Notes: generated by a model not told the origin, from the sequence alone. Positions 27,382 to 38,008 are shown, counted from the first letter of the stretch. The stretch: 64,000 bases of DNA from Blastocatellia bacterium (GCA_963765495.1 CAVXWP010000007.1:416001-480000); one strand, 5' to 3'. Program-made: numbers and translations.

Positions 27382-28622
27382 ATGGCAGCCAGTTACGTTA
27401 CGACAACTATCACGAAGAAATATCACGATGCGATTGTGGATTGGCAGGAGAAGAATTTCCCCGAGCTGGCGATACTGGAAAAGCACTGGGATGACTATTT
27501 CAAGGGCCAGCCTCCTTTCCAGCTTGTCTCCAAGATAGGGACCGTGGATAGCGATGTCATTCAGTTAGGCCAGTATGCGGGACGCAAGCGGTTTGAGCGC
27601 GCCAAAGAGATGGTAGGGAATACCTTCTTCAGCGCTCGCGACATAATTCGCGCCCAGGCGTCCACCGAACTGGGTTCCATCCAGCAACACAGGCTTACGC
27701 TGGACCGGGCCATAAGCGACAAGGGTAAATTTGCCGTGTTGCGCATCATGGCCGAAGAGTTGCGCCACGCGTATCAGATGTTCTGGGTTCTCGATCAGGA
27801 CCCGACCTGGAAGAAGCCCGGCCTCGGAGACGTTGCAAAGATGACCATCGAAGAGTTGCTCTCGATGGAGCTGGGCAGCCATGTGCTCGACGCTTTTAAT
27901 ATTGATTTCAACGACTTTTTGGATAATGTCACATACGCCACGGTCATAGATCTCGTGGGCAAATATCAGCTTGAGATGCAGCAGGTCTTCAGCTACGCGC
28001 CGATGGCTCGCAGCATGGGCCCATGCTTCAGGAAGAGTCATTCCACCTTGGAAGCGGGCGGTCCCTGCTAAAGGACATCGGAGAGATGGCGGCGCGGGGC
28101 GAAGGCGATTACAGCGTAGAAGATATACAACGGGCGCTCAATCTCTGGGTTCCGCGCGGGCTTGAGATGTTCGGCAACGAACACGGCGGCGAGACTGCTA
28201 TGACCTTCGGCTTTAAGGATAAGACCAACGGAACGGCACAGGGCGAGTATTTCGAAGAGGTCCGCAGGGTGATTCGTAACGTCAACGTAGCGATGGTCCA
28301 GCAGCGCATCGCGGGCATCTCTCGGCAGGATGCGCACGATTGTCTGGACGAGATCGAGAAGAGCGGCGAGTCGAATCGCGGCATCAAGCCCGAGGAAGTG
28401 CTCTTTTTGCCGGATCTGAAATTCTTCCGCAAGCGTGGAATGGAAGAGTATGTCTTTCAGCCGTTTGACACGCGGGGCAATCTGCTGACGGCAGACGGCA
28501 GGCCGCTTTCCGAAGACGCATATTTGAAATATCTCTCTACCGTGCTGCCCGAAAAATTCATAGGCAGCCGCGAGTACAACAAGTTTGTTGATCAGATGCG
28601 CGAGTTTTACGCCAACCAGTAA
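27382..28622 (+). pseudogene. Ferritin-like di-iron protein (PaaA/BoxB-like acyl-CoA epoxidase family), split by a 1-nt deletion near 28021 (pseudogene or assembly error)
   Basis: ORF1 has AEELRHAYQM and ORF2 has QEESFHLG (paired ExxH). Junction GGC CC ATG restores ...MARSMGP-MLQEESFH with one extra base. Confidence 0.75.
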
Positions 28623-28651
28623 TCCTACCTTGATTTTGTGAGCGGAATTTA

Positions 28652-28681
28652 TAGGCGGCCTGCCGGGCCGCCTGATTTTTT
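28652..28681 (+). terminator. Probable intrinsic terminator
   Basis: AGGCGGCC-tgccg-GGCCGCCT followed by gatttttt. Confidence 0.6.
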
Positions 28682-28714
28682 GCTCGCAGTCTCTTGCTCG
28701 CAGTCTCTTGCTCG
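28680..28714. repeat. 14-bp tandem repeat (TTGCTCGCAGTCTC x2.5)
   Basis: ttgctcgcagtctc ttgctcgcagtctc ttgctcg. Confidence 0.8.
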
Positions 28715-28816
28715 CCGCGAATTCATCATCACGCCTGAACTCCGGCAGATCGCCTGCATTTGTTGCGGCTCCATCCCGAATGATGATAGCTTTTCGGTTT
28801 TGGTTTCGGAGGCGGA

Positions 28817-29974
28817 TTGAATCAAAAGAAGGCTTTTTTGGCCATCTATATCAGTGTTGCAATCAGTTATCTCGGCGTGGGTCTGGTCGCGCCTCTAATC
28901 GCTATAGTTCTTTCCGAGCACGGAGCCGACAGCTTTATTGTCGGGCTCGTCGGCACAACGATGTTCGCCTTCTTTACCCTGGCATCTTTCCCTATAGGAA
29001 AGACGACCGATCTCATAGGACCCAAGCCGATTCTGATTGGAGGCCTGATAGTTTACGGGCTTGCGATACTTATGTTCGCCTTTATACAGAATGTATGGCT
29101 TTTTTTTGTTGTAAGGGCGATAGAAGGAGTGGGAGGGGCGGCTATCTCGGTCGGGACCGAGACGATGATCAGCCAGTTGAGCTCGCACGATGAGCGCGCG
29201 CGCCGAATGAGTTACTATGCATTATCGGTCGGCCTGGGATGGGCGGCCGGACCTCTTGCGGGCGCGCTTCTATTTCAATTTCATCCTTACATCCCTTTTG
29301 TCGCCTGTTTCGCATTTAGCCTGACTGCGGCGCTGCTCGCCTCTGGCTTTATCCCGCACACTGCCCCTACGAAAGAACACGCGCAGGTCGGGGCGGCGGG
29401 TCTTCTCTCTAAAATTATTTTGCCCGTATCGGCGGGTGCGCTATATGGCTATCTGATGTCTTCGATTGTGACTCTCGTTCCGCTTTATCTAAAGGCGATC
29501 AACATAGATGAAACCCGAATGGGCACGATCATCACCGCCGTAATAGTGGGAACGCTGGTGAGCCAGGTTCCCATAGGAAAGGCTGCCGACCGTTACGGCA
29601 AACGCAATACACTTCTTGTATGCACGCTCTTGCTGTCAGGTGATTTCGCCCTCGTATCATTTCACACATCCTGGCTGCCATTCCTCGTGACCGGGTCGCT
29701 TATGGGTGCTCTGGCTGGGAGCCTTTATCCCATAGGGCTTTCGATGATCGGCGGGCAGGTAGCCAGGGAGCGACTCGGGGCGGCCACTTCATTCTTCTCG
29801 CTAGCCTTCGGCCTTGGAAGCCTTCTCGGCCCTGCCGTCTCCGGTCTGGCCATGAGCCACCTTGGCAATCGCTGGCTCTTTTATCTCCCCTCGATATTGA
29901 CGGCATCTTTCTGTCTTGGGCTTTTCATCCTCTATCGCAAGTCTGCTCGTCCCACATTGCCACACTCGGGATAA
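28817..29974 (+). CDS. MFS transporter
   Basis: About 12 hydrophobic segments; motif A GKTTDLIGPK and GKAADRYGKR; TTG start with GGAGG RBS. Confidence 0.9.
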   Translation: MNQKKAFLAIYISVAISYLGVGLVAPLIAIVLSEHGADSFIVGLVGTTMFAFFTLASFPIGKTTDLIGPKPILIGGLIVYGLAILMFAFIQNVWLFFVVRAIEGVGGAAISVGTETMISQLSSHDERARRMSYYALSVGLGWAAGPLAGALLFQFHPYIPFVACFAFSLTAALLASGFIPHTAPTKEHAQVGAAGLLSKIILPVSAGALYGYLMSSIVTLVPLYLKAINIDETRMGTIITAVIVGTLVSQVPIGKAADRYGKRNTLLVCTLLLSGDFALVSFHTSWLPFLVTGSLMGALAGSLYPIGLSMIGGQVARERLGAATSFFSLAFGLGSLLGPAVSGLAMSHLGNRWLFYLPSILTASFCLGLFILYRKSARPTLPHSG

Positions 29975-30301
29975 ATTCATACTTCGCTCTCTCATCTCAA
30001 GCAACTGTGGTTTTCTTTTCCTTTGCCATTAATGACGCGTATTGTGTATCATAGTAGTATTGGTTTGAAGGATTACCGGTTCGATACCGTAGAGGGATTA
30101 CGTGTCGCCGGTAGTATCTCCATCGCTTCAATAAAGATCAGAATGATCGCCACTTAACGAAGAAGCTACTCGAGACTGCCAACCACAACTCTCTACATTC
30201 ATTTGAATCGACTGCTGGGAACTTGCCGCACAAATCTAGCAACCGGCAGCGCGGATTCATTAAATGTGATTATGTATCCCCAGGCGAAAGAGGTGATCGA
30301 A

Positions 30302-31096
30302 TTGGTCTCTAATGTGTCAAGAAAACGAAGCGCGGATTCATCCGCAGCAAAAGAATCAGCGGTCCAGAAAGCAAAGAAGAAGCGTAGAACCAAAGGCCCG
30401 AGCGAAAAGATTCGCTCGCTGGCCGCAATGAGTCTCGCTTCCAAGGTTGGCTACCTCAAACTGAGCGACCTGCTGGAAACCGAAAGCCCCAAAATCAGAG
30501 CGATGGTCGAAGAGCATCTGACGAAGCGCACGTTCAAATCGGGTGAAACCATTTATCCAAATGGTCGCTCGGAATCTGTCATATACGTCGTCAGGAGCGG
30601 GTCGGTCAACATCGTTCGCCCTTCGAAACTCGGCCATCGGTTCTCTGTAACCAGGCTTGAACCCGGAGCCATTTTTGGCGAGATGGCCATACTCGGACAG
30701 AGCATGCTTGGTGCTCAAGCCGAAGCCGCAGAAAAATCGGAGGTCGCTCGCCTGAGCGCCGCCGATCTGGAAAAGGTTATCTCGGCATCGCCTTCGATAG
30801 CTCTGAACGTGCTTGAAAAAGTCGGCCCGAGACTGGTCGAAGCCGAAAAGCAACGCGAACGCGCTGCATTTCAACCCGTTACGGCCAGGGTTGCTTCCTT
30901 GCTTTCCAGATATGCCAATAAGGATAAGCAAGTCGTTGGAGTCACTCACCAGGATATGGCTGACGAGTTGGGTGTTTACCGGGAGACGGTAACAAATGCT
31001 CTTGCGGAGTTGAAGCAGGACAAGTTGATCTCAATCGGACGAAAGAGAATCACCTTGCTTGATCCTGATGCCTTGCGCAAGCTTGATTCGTTTTAA
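30302..31096 (+). CDS. Crp/Fnr-family transcriptional regulator with a basic N-terminal extension
   Basis: cNMP domain (LEPGAIFGEMAIL) and HTH (THQDMADELGVYRETVTNAL). Start uncertain (30272, 30302 or 30314). Confidence 0.88.
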   Translation: MVSNVSRKRSADSSAAKESAVQKAKKKRRTKGPSEKIRSLAAMSLASKVGYLKLSDLLETESPKIRAMVEEHLTKRTFKSGETIYPNGRSESVIYVVRSGSVNIVRPSKLGHRFSVTRLEPGAIFGEMAILGQSMLGAQAEAAEKSEVARLSAADLEKVISASPSIALNVLEKVGPRLVEAEKQRERAAFQPVTARVASLLSRYANKDKQVVGVTHQDMADELGVYRETVTNALAELKQDKLISIGRKRITLLDPDALRKLDSF

Positions 31097-31166
31097 CCTG
31101 GCAATTGCCATAGGGCCGACCCGCTAGTAGAATTACCTTTGCTGAACCTGTTATGGAGTCGGCCCT

Positions 31167-31985
31167 ATGGATATATTGTGGATAGTGATTGTCATAGGCT
31201 ACGCCATTTGCGTGGCGCAGTCCATTCTGGCCCTTACAACAAATCGTCCAGTGATGCGGATTCCGGCGCTTGTGGCGCTGAGCATTGCCTTCGGAGCGCA
31301 CACTGCCTGGCTATTGCTTGAAGGTATTCAGACAGGCAGGTGCCCTCTGGTAGGTACTCAGGAGATGTTTGCCTTTCTCTCCTGGAGCCTGGTCGTATCT
31401 TACCTGATAGCCCAGCGATGGTTTCATGCCAACGCGCTAAAGGCATTTATCTTTCCGATAGTCCTGGTGCTGGCCACGATAGCGGCAATCTCACCCGGAA
31501 ATGTCGGTCAGCCCGAAGGCATACATAACCCGCTTCAGGGCTTTCTCTTTCCTCTGCACGCGGGATTAATCCTGATCGCTTATGCCGCCTTCTTCATAGC
31601 ATTCGGCGCGGGGGTGATGTACATAATTCAGGAACGCGAGTTGAAACTCAAACGCTTCGGGACGATATTTTACCGTTTGCCCTCGCTTGAAACCTGCGAA
31701 TCCATAATCTTCAAATCCATGGCCGTAGGCTTTCTTATGCTGACGCTTGGGATCGCCGCCGGCATAGGCTGGCAACGCGCCCGCGATGGAGTCTACTGGC
31801 ACGGCGAGCCAATAGAAATTTTCTCCGTCGTCACGTGGGTCATCTATTTGCTGCTTATTCAATCCAGAATGAATGCCGGTTGGAGCGGACGAGCGACGGC
31901 TATGGCTTCAATAGTCAGTTTTATGATCGTAATCTGTAGCCTGCTGGGAGTGCGTTATCTGGGGACGTTGCACGCTTTTGGCTGA
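31167..31985 (+). CDS. ccsA: Cytochrome c assembly protein family member (CcsA/HemX-like)
   Basis: Multi-TM; LHAGLILIAY, RLPSLETC, LTLGIAAGIGW, terminal LHAF; directly upstream of hemA. Confidence 0.8.
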   Translation: MDILWIVIVIGYAICVAQSILALTTNRPVMRIPALVALSIAFGAHTAWLLLEGIQTGRCPLVGTQEMFAFLSWSLVVSYLIAQRWFHANALKAFIFPIVLVLATIAAISPGNVGQPEGIHNPLQGFLFPLHAGLILIAYAAFFIAFGAGVMYIIQERELKLKRFGTIFYRLPSLETCESIIFKSMAVGFLMLTLGIAAGIGWQRARDGVYWHGEPIEIFSVVTWVIYLLLIQSRMNAGWSGRATAMASIVSFMIVICSLLGVRYLGTLHAFG

Positions 31986-32008
31986 ACCTGGCCCCGGAAA
32001 TTTGCTTG

Positions 32009-33277
32009 ATGAATATTGTACTCATAGGTTTGAGCCACAAGACTGCGCCACTTGAAGTGCGCGAGCGATTGGCTTTCAACCCCGCCATCATTCGCGAGGC
32101 GCTCTCAAGTCTTGTAGATCATTCGGAAGTCGATGAAGGGTTGATAGTCTCTACCTGTAACCGGGTCGAGCTGGTTGCCTGCGCCCCCTCGGGTGCAGAC
32201 AAGGGCCTCGGTCGCCTGACCGGGTTTCTTTACGATTTTCACCGCCTGTCGGCAAGCGCACTCGATAGACATCTGTACCGCCACACTGATATGGAGGCCA
32301 TCAAACATGTCTTTCGCGTAGCCTCGAGCCTCGATTCGATGGTAGTCGGCGAATCGCAAATACTTGGACAGTTCAAAGAGGCATATCAGCAGGCGGTCGA
32401 TGCCGGGACGGTCGGGCGCGTGCTCAGCCAGTTGATGCACAAAGCCATCTCGGTAGCCAAACGGATACGGACCGAGACGGGAATATCTCAGAGGCCGGTT
32501 TCGATAAGCTCTGTGGCCGTTGAACTGGCGCAAAAGGTGCGCGGCGATTTGTCGGATAATACTATACTGCTTGTGGGGGCGGGTGATATGGGCGAACTTG
32601 CCGCGCGCAATTTGATGGAAGCGGGCGCGGGCAAACTCATAGTCACAAACCGAACCGCCAAACGTGCCGAAGAGATGGCGTCCGAATTCGGCGGCGGCGC
32701 AATAAACTTCGAAGCCTTTTACGATGTTCTCCCCTCGGCCGATATAGTTATCTGCTCGACCGGCGCGTCTGGTTATGTCATTCATCAGGCGGAAACCAAG
32801 CGTGCCATCAAGGGGCGCAAACGAGGGCCTCTGCTTTTCATAGACATCTCTGTGCCGCGAAATGTTGACCCGGCAATTGCGAGCCTCGAAAACTGCTTTC
32901 TTTTCGACATAGACGATCTTCAATCCGTGGTAAAGGCAAATCTTAGCGAACGCCAGCGCGAGGCTCGCGCGGCAGAGATCATAGTGGAATCCGAGGTCCA
33001 GCAATTTATAAAGCACCTGCGAACGCTTGAAATAGGGCCGACCGTTGTTGAAGTGAAAGAATTGATCTCGCAGATGGCGATTGCCGAATTCAAGCGAAAC
33101 CGCAAGCGACTGGGCGCGCTCAATACGGAACAGGAAACAGCCATCGAGAATATCCTTATTCCGGCACTTGTAAATAAGCTCTCACATCCCATACTCGTTC
33201 ACCTGCGTAATGTGGCGCGCAACGGCGACTCTTCAGAAGTCCTAAACGAATTACGGAAAATGATTCACATTGATTGA
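32009..33277 (+). CDS. hemA: Glutamyl-tRNA reductase
   Basis: GLSHKTAPLEVRE, STCNRVE, SSLDSMVVGESQILGQ, GAGDMG, DISVPRNVD. Confidence 0.97.
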   Translation: MNIVLIGLSHKTAPLEVRERLAFNPAIIREALSSLVDHSEVDEGLIVSTCNRVELVACAPSGADKGLGRLTGFLYDFHRLSASALDRHLYRHTDMEAIKHVFRVASSLDSMVVGESQILGQFKEAYQQAVDAGTVGRVLSQLMHKAISVAKRIRTETGISQRPVSISSVAVELAQKVRGDLSDNTILLVGAGDMGELAARNLMEAGAGKLIVTNRTAKRAEEMASEFGGGAINFEAFYDVLPSADIVICSTGASGYVIHQAETKRAIKGRKRGPLLFIDISVPRNVDPAIASLENCFLFDIDDLQSVVKANLSERQREARAAEIIVESEVQQFIKHLRTLEIGPTVVEVKELISQMAIAEFKRNRKRLGALNTEQETAIENILIPALVNKLSHPILVHLRNVARNGDSSEVLNELRKMIHID

Positions 33278-33292
33278 CGCGAAAGGAGCAGA

Positions 33293-34222
33293 GTGAAGCG
33301 AAAAGTAGTTATTGGAACGCGGGGCAGTCAACTCGCTTTGTGGCAGACAAACTGGGTCAGGCGAGAGCTTGAGCGCATCCATCCCGGCGTCGATGTTGAA
33401 ATCAAAATCATCTCGACTAAAGGCGACCGCGTCCTGGACGTGTCGCTTCCGAAACTGGGCGAACAGGGCAAGGGATTGTTCACTAAAGAACTCGAAGACG
33501 AGATGCTCGACGGACGGACCGACATGGCCGTTCACAGCCTGAAGGATTTGCCCACAGAACTTCCCGCCGGTCTCGAAATAGGCGCTATCTGCGAGCGCGA
33601 AGATCCGCGAGATGCGCTGGTAGCCCGCGCCGGGATAAATTCCTTTGAAGAAATCCCGCAGGGCGCAGTAGTCGGGACCAGCAGTCTTCGTCGTCAGGCG
33701 CAGATTCGCGCCGCAAGGCCCGATCTCCTGCTCGAACCCATTAGAGGGAATGTGGACACGCGGCTCCGAAAGCTCGACACAGGCCAGTACGAGGCCATAG
33801 TGCTTGCATCGGCCGGGCTGCGACGACTATCGCTCGGCCATCGCATCACCGAGCAATTGAACCCTGATCTGATGCTTCCTGCCGTTGGACAGGGCGCGCT
33901 TGCGATAGAGATACGCGCAGGCGATGAGGAGGTGAGTGAGATCACGCGGGCGCTCGATCACACAGAGACGCGCCTCGCATGCCTTGCGGAGCGCGCATTT
34001 CTAAAGGGTCTTGGCGGCGGATGTCTTGTCCCAATTGCCGCGCACGCCGTTATAGAAGGCAGCCTGATCAGTCTGGATGGGCTCGTGGCAAGCGCGGACG
34101 GCTCGAAAATACTGCGCTCCCGGATGAGCGGACCCGCTCGTGATGCGGAAGCGATAGGCATCAGCCTCGCTGAGGAATTGCTCGGTCGCGGAGCCGCTCA
34201 AATACTCGCCTCGCAGTCTTGA
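33293..34222 (+). CDS. hemC: Hydroxymethylbilane synthase
   Basis: IGTRGSQLALWQ, KGLFTKELE, VHSLKDLP, GTSSLRR, GGGCLVPI. Confidence 0.97.
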   Translation: MKRKVVIGTRGSQLALWQTNWVRRELERIHPGVDVEIKIISTKGDRVLDVSLPKLGEQGKGLFTKELEDEMLDGRTDMAVHSLKDLPTELPAGLEIGAICEREDPRDALVARAGINSFEEIPQGAVVGTSSLRRQAQIRAARPDLLLEPIRGNVDTRLRKLDTGQYEAIVLASAGLRRLSLGHRITEQLNPDLMLPAVGQGALAIEIRAGDEEVSEITRALDHTETRLACLAERAFLKGLGGGCLVPIAAHAVIEGSLISLDGLVASADGSKILRSRMSGPARDAEAIGISLAEELLGRGAAQILASQS

Positions 34223-34250
34223 ACGGGTGTGAACAAACTCCGATCCGGCG

Positions 34251-34940
34251 CTAATCGCCTGCCGTCTCCAAGAGATGCTTGATCTTTTTCAGTATCCGGT
34301 TCAGTACCGAGCCAACGCTGATCGGAGACAGACCCAGACCCATGACTTTTGTTATCTCGTCCAGGGTCATCCCATGATAATACCTGAGTTTGAAGATCGT
34401 CAGGTCCCGGTCCCGGTTCTTGCCGGTGACAGCCTTTTCCAGAGCCTGTTCGATATCGTCAAGACTTATTCGGGCGGTCGGCTTCTTCAAAGGATTTCCT
34501 TCAAGATCGCTCATGGTTTGATTCATCAGAGCGCTATCGCCGCTGTTTTCTAATAGTTCGTCCAGAGAGAAACTGATTTTGGGTCTCTTCTGGGCTCGCA
34601 TCTCTCGAAAATGATCCCGGACCACGTTGACTGATATCGTTACCAGATATTGATAAATCGAATTGTCGTGCTCGCCTTCGAATCGGTCGATGGCGCGACC
34701 GCCGTCCTCGATCAACCTGAAATAGACCGTCTGCACCAGATCGTCTATAGCATCCTCGGGGAACTGCGGTTTGCGGTCGGCCTCTTCCCGCGCTTTCTTG
34801 TGAAATGTCTTGGCTACGCTTGATCTGATTATGGCGTGATAGCGATACACAAATTCCTTCCAGGCAATTTCATCAGGAGGTCGCCTGGAACAATTGGCTA
34901 ATAATTCCGCTACACTCCACTGGTTCGGTGCCAGACCCAT
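34251..34940 (-). CDS. ECF-type RNA polymerase sigma factor
   Basis: AWKEFVYRY, DDLVQTVYFRL, YLVTISVNVVRDHFR (region 2); FKLRYYHGMTLDEI (region 4). Start 34940 or 34997. Confidence 0.8.
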   Translation of the reverse strand: MGLAPNQWSVAELLANCSRRPPDEIAWKEFVYRYHAIIRSSVAKTFHKKAREEADRKPQFPEDAIDDLVQTVYFRLIEDGGRAIDRFEGEHDNSIYQYLVTISVNVVRDHFREMRAQKRPKISFSLDELLENSGDSALMNQTMSDLEGNPLKKPTARISLDDIEQALEKAVTGKNRDRDLTIFKLRYYHGMTLDEITKVMGLGLSPISVGSVLNRILKKIKHLLETAGD

Positions 34941-35152
34941 AATCTCATCTTTTGCCTGCGGGTTGCCAACATGAAGGCGCAACCCTACGAATCTCACGCA
35001 GAGCAGTGACCTGTTGGGACCTATTTCTTTAGAGAACTTATTTCAACTGCTCAAGCAGGTAGGGAGTATAACAAATAGCCAGTTCTACGGGTAGCCGGAT
35101 TTGACCCGCGCCATAACAAAATTCAGCCGGTGATGATTGATACGCTCGGCGC

Positions 35153-35953
35153 TTATTCGCTGCCGGTCGTAAATTCAGGAGGGAAATGATTAAGCGGGCC
35201 ATGCCCGTGACCGAGATTTGGAGCGGCCGTTATTGCTTCGACTATGTAGCGCTTTGCAACCGGGATAGATTGCCGCAACGAGCCTCCGTAGGCGAGCAGG
35301 CAGGCCAGAGCCGAAGATAAGGTGCAACCGGTCCCATGCGTGCTGGTCGAATAAACTTTTTTCGATGTGAAGACGGCCGAGCCGTCTTCGTCGAGCAAAA
35401 AATCAGATGCCGTTTCGCCCTCTTCATCGCCGCCTTTGATGAGGACCGCGCGCGGGCCGAGATCAAGTATCATCCGGGCGGCCTTCTCTAGGGCCGATTG
35501 ATTTTTTATGCGTGTGTTTGTGATGCGCTCGGCTTCAACGAGATTGGGCGTGACGATTGAGGCGAGCGGAAAAAGATATTCGATCAATGCCCGAAGCGCG
35601 CGATCATCAATCAAGTCATATCCGCTCGTGCTTCTCACAACCGGATCAATCACGACGTGCTCGAATTGTCTGCTTGAAATCGCTTCGGCGACTTTTTCAA
35701 TCACGTCGGTAGTGGGCAGCATCCCGGTCTTGACGGCGGCTACCGAAAAATCATTAAACAAAGGCTCAAGTTGTTTCTGGACCGTTTCTCCAGTCTGATG
35801 ATGAGCGCCGAAAACGCCCTGCGTGTTTTGAAAAGTGAGGCTCGTAACGGCGGCCACCCCGTAGCAGCCAAACGCGCTGATGGTCTTGATGTCGGCCAGC
35901 ACACCTGCGCCTGCCGACGGGTCAAGCCCGGCTATCGTCATAACTGTGAGCAT
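35153..35953 (-). CDS. thiD: Hydroxymethylpyrimidine/phosphomethylpyrimidine kinase
   Basis: TIAGLDPSAGAGVLADIKT, VKTGML, TPNLVEA, THGTGCTLSSA, GHGHGPLNH. Confidence 0.95.
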   Translation of the reverse strand: MLTVMTIAGLDPSAGAGVLADIKTISAFGCYGVAAVTSLTFQNTQGVFGAHHQTGETVQKQLEPLFNDFSVAAVKTGMLPTTDVIEKVAEAISSRQFEHVVIDPVVRSTSGYDLIDDRALRALIEYLFPLASIVTPNLVEAERITNTRIKNQSALEKAARMILDLGPRAVLIKGGDEEGETASDFLLDEDGSAVFTSKKVYSTSTHGTGCTLSSALACLLAYGGSLRQSIPVAKRYIVEAITAAPNLGHGHGPLNHFPPEFTTGSE

Positions 35954-35962
35954 GGTTTTCGA

Positions 35963-37216
35963 TCAGACTTCGAGCGGAATCTTCCGAGCGTCACTCACTT
36001 TTCCGGCGTAGTGCGAGTCGATGTATTCATCGAGTATGCGTGTGAACTCGGGGACGATTTCGGCCCCCTGAAGCGTAGTGAACATGCGTCCGTCAACATA
36101 GACCGGGGCGCGAGGCGTCTCGCCCGTGCCGGGGAGCGATATGCCGATGTGCGCGTGCTTGGATTCGCCCGGCCCGTTGACTACGCACCCCATCACGGCG
36201 ACCTTCAATTCTTCGACCCCGGTATATTTCTCTCGCCAGACGGGCATCTGCTCGCGGATGTAGACCTGGATGTTTTCGGCCATCTCTTGAAACAGGGTGC
36301 TGGTCGTTCTTCCGCAACCGGGACACGCGGTGACAAGAGGTGAAAAGCTCCGCAAACCCATCGTCTGTAATATCTGTTGCGCGACGATGACCTCTTCTGT
36401 GCGGTCGCCGCCAGGTCGCGGGGTGAGTGACACGCGAATCGTGTCGCCGATTCCTTCCTGAAGCAGCACGGCAAGGGCGGCGGTCGAGGCAACTATGCCT
36501 TTGCTGCCCATCCCGGCTTCGGTCAACCCAAGATGCAGAGGGTAATCGCAGCGGGCCGCAAGATCACGATAAATCGCGATCAAGTCCTGAACCTCTGAAA
36601 CCTTCGCGCTCAGTATTATGTAATCGTGCGGCAGCCCGATCCGCTCGGCAAGCGCGGCCGATTCGAGCGCGCTCATGACCACGGCCTCGCGCATCACTTC
36701 GCGGGCATCTTTAGGGTCTGGCCGCGCGGCATTCTCATCCATGAGCCTCGTCAGTAACCCCTGATCGAGCGAGCCCCAGTTTACGCCTATGCGAACGGGT
36801 TTATCGTTTTCGATAGCCACATCAATCATGGACTGAAAGTTCTTATCGTGATGTTGACCGGGGCCTACATTGCCGGGATTGATTCGATATTTAGCCAGAG
36901 CGCGGGCGCACGCCGGATATTCTTTCAGCAGGATGTGGCCGTTATAGTGAAAATCGCCGATGATAGGAACCGTGATGCCGCGCTCGCCCAGGCGTTCGTG
37001 TATATGGGGGACGGCCTCGGCGGCCTGACGGGTATTGACGGTAATGCGCACAAGTTCAGACCCGGCGCGCGCCAGTTGCTCTATCTGCAAGGCTGTACCG
37101 GCCACGTCCACCGTGTCGGTGTTGGTCATAGATTGCACGACTATGGGATTTGGACCGCCGGTCTTGATGCCGCCTACGTTGACCGCTACCGAAGGTCTTC
37201 GATTGATGTTTGACAC
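35963..37216 (-). CDS. ispG: (E)-4-hydroxy-3-methylbut-2-enyl-diphosphate synthase
   Basis: [51 protein letters not shown]. Confidence 0.97.
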   Translation of the reverse strand: MSNINRRPSVAVNVGGIKTGGPNPIVVQSMTNTDTVDVAGTALQIEQLARAGSELVRITVNTRQAAEAVPHIHERLGERGITVPIIGDFHYNGHILLKEYPACARALAKYRINPGNVGPGQHHDKNFQSMIDVAIENDKPVRIGVNWGSLDQGLLTRLMDENAARPDPKDAREVMREAVVMSALESAALAERIGLPHDYIILSAKVSEVQDLIAIYRDLAARCDYPLHLGLTEAGMGSKGIVASTAALAVLLQEGIGDTIRVSLTPRPGGDRTEEVIVAQQILQTMGLRSFSPLVTACPGCGRTTSTLFQEMAENIQVYIREQMPVWREKYTGVEELKVAVMGCVVNGPGESKHAHIGISLPGTGETPRAPVYVDGRMFTTLQGAEIVPEFTRILDEYIDSHYAGKVSDARKIPLEV

Positions 37217-37320
37217 GCGATTGCTCCTTAACTCACGTAAATGGAAAAGAAATTGTACCGGCTAGAGGACACGCGCTGCAACTTTAGGATTCGCAATCCA
37301 TTTGTTCGGAAAGAAAAGCT

Positions 37321-37385
37321 GCCACAGAGGTACACAGACGCAGAGAAAGATTATAAAAATCTCTGTGTCTGCGTGCCTCTGCGAC
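37321..37385. repeat. Imperfect palindrome of CACAGAG-type units between divergent ispG and ybjQ
   Basis: gccacagaggtacacagacgcagaga ... tctctgtgtctgcgtgcctctgcgac. Confidence 0.8.
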
Positions 37386-37484
37386 CACTGTAGAAATCGT
37401 TGCTCCGAGATTGCGGAATTTGTCCCCGGCGTATATCTTTCCAACGATCTAAATTCTCATACGATAAAAGAGAGGTGAACCAAA

Positions 37485-37904
37485 ATGCCGCGAGACAGGC
37501 TCAGCGACCTTGAACAAACCAGAGAAAACATCAGCCCGAGCACACCCTATACGGTATCTCAGCGCTACACGCTGCCGCATCACATGGTGACGACCGCCTT
37601 TGCGCTCGATGGCTATCGAGTTGTTCGCACGTTTGGCGTAGTCAGAGGCATAACCGTGCGGTCGCGCTCGATCTTTGGCACGATGGGAGGCGCGCTCCAC
37701 ACAATCGTGGGCGGCAACATCACGGCATTCACACGCCTGTGCGAGACCGCACGTGCCGAGGCGTTTGACATCATGGTGCAGCACGCGAGCGAGATGGGAG
37801 CAAACGCTGTGATCGGTATGCGATACGATGCGACGGAACTTATGGGAGGAGTAGCCGAAGTGCTTGCCTACGGCACGGCGGTTGTAGTCGAAGCCATCGA
37901 GTAG
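37485..37904 (+). CDS. YbjQ/UPF0145 family protein
   Basis: GVVRGITVRSR, ARAEAFDIM, GANAVIGMRYD, EVLAYGTAV. Confidence 0.92.
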   Translation: MPRDRLSDLEQTRENISPSTPYTVSQRYTLPHHMVTTAFALDGYRVVRTFGVVRGITVRSRSIFGTMGGALHTIVGGNITAFTRLCETARAEAFDIMVQHASEMGANAVIGMRYDATELMGGVAEVLAYGTAVVVEAIE

Positions 37905-38004
37905 TTTTGAATTATGAGTTTTGAATTATGAGTTTTGAATTATGAGTTTTGAGTTTTGAATTGCCCGGAGGTAACTCAAAACTCAAAACTCAAAACTCAA
38001 AACT
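37903..38004. repeat. Palindrome of TTTTGAA/TTATGAG/TTTTGAG heptamers between convergent genes
   Basis: (agttttgaattatg)x3 agttttgagttttgaatt ... (aactcaa)x4; starts within the ybjQ TAG. Confidence 0.92.
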
Positions 38005-38008
38005 TTAT

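Noticed and set aside
30262-30283. CRP/FNR autoregulatory box (TGTGA...)
   Set aside because: Only one half-site matches; the second half is not TCACA-like at the correct spacing.
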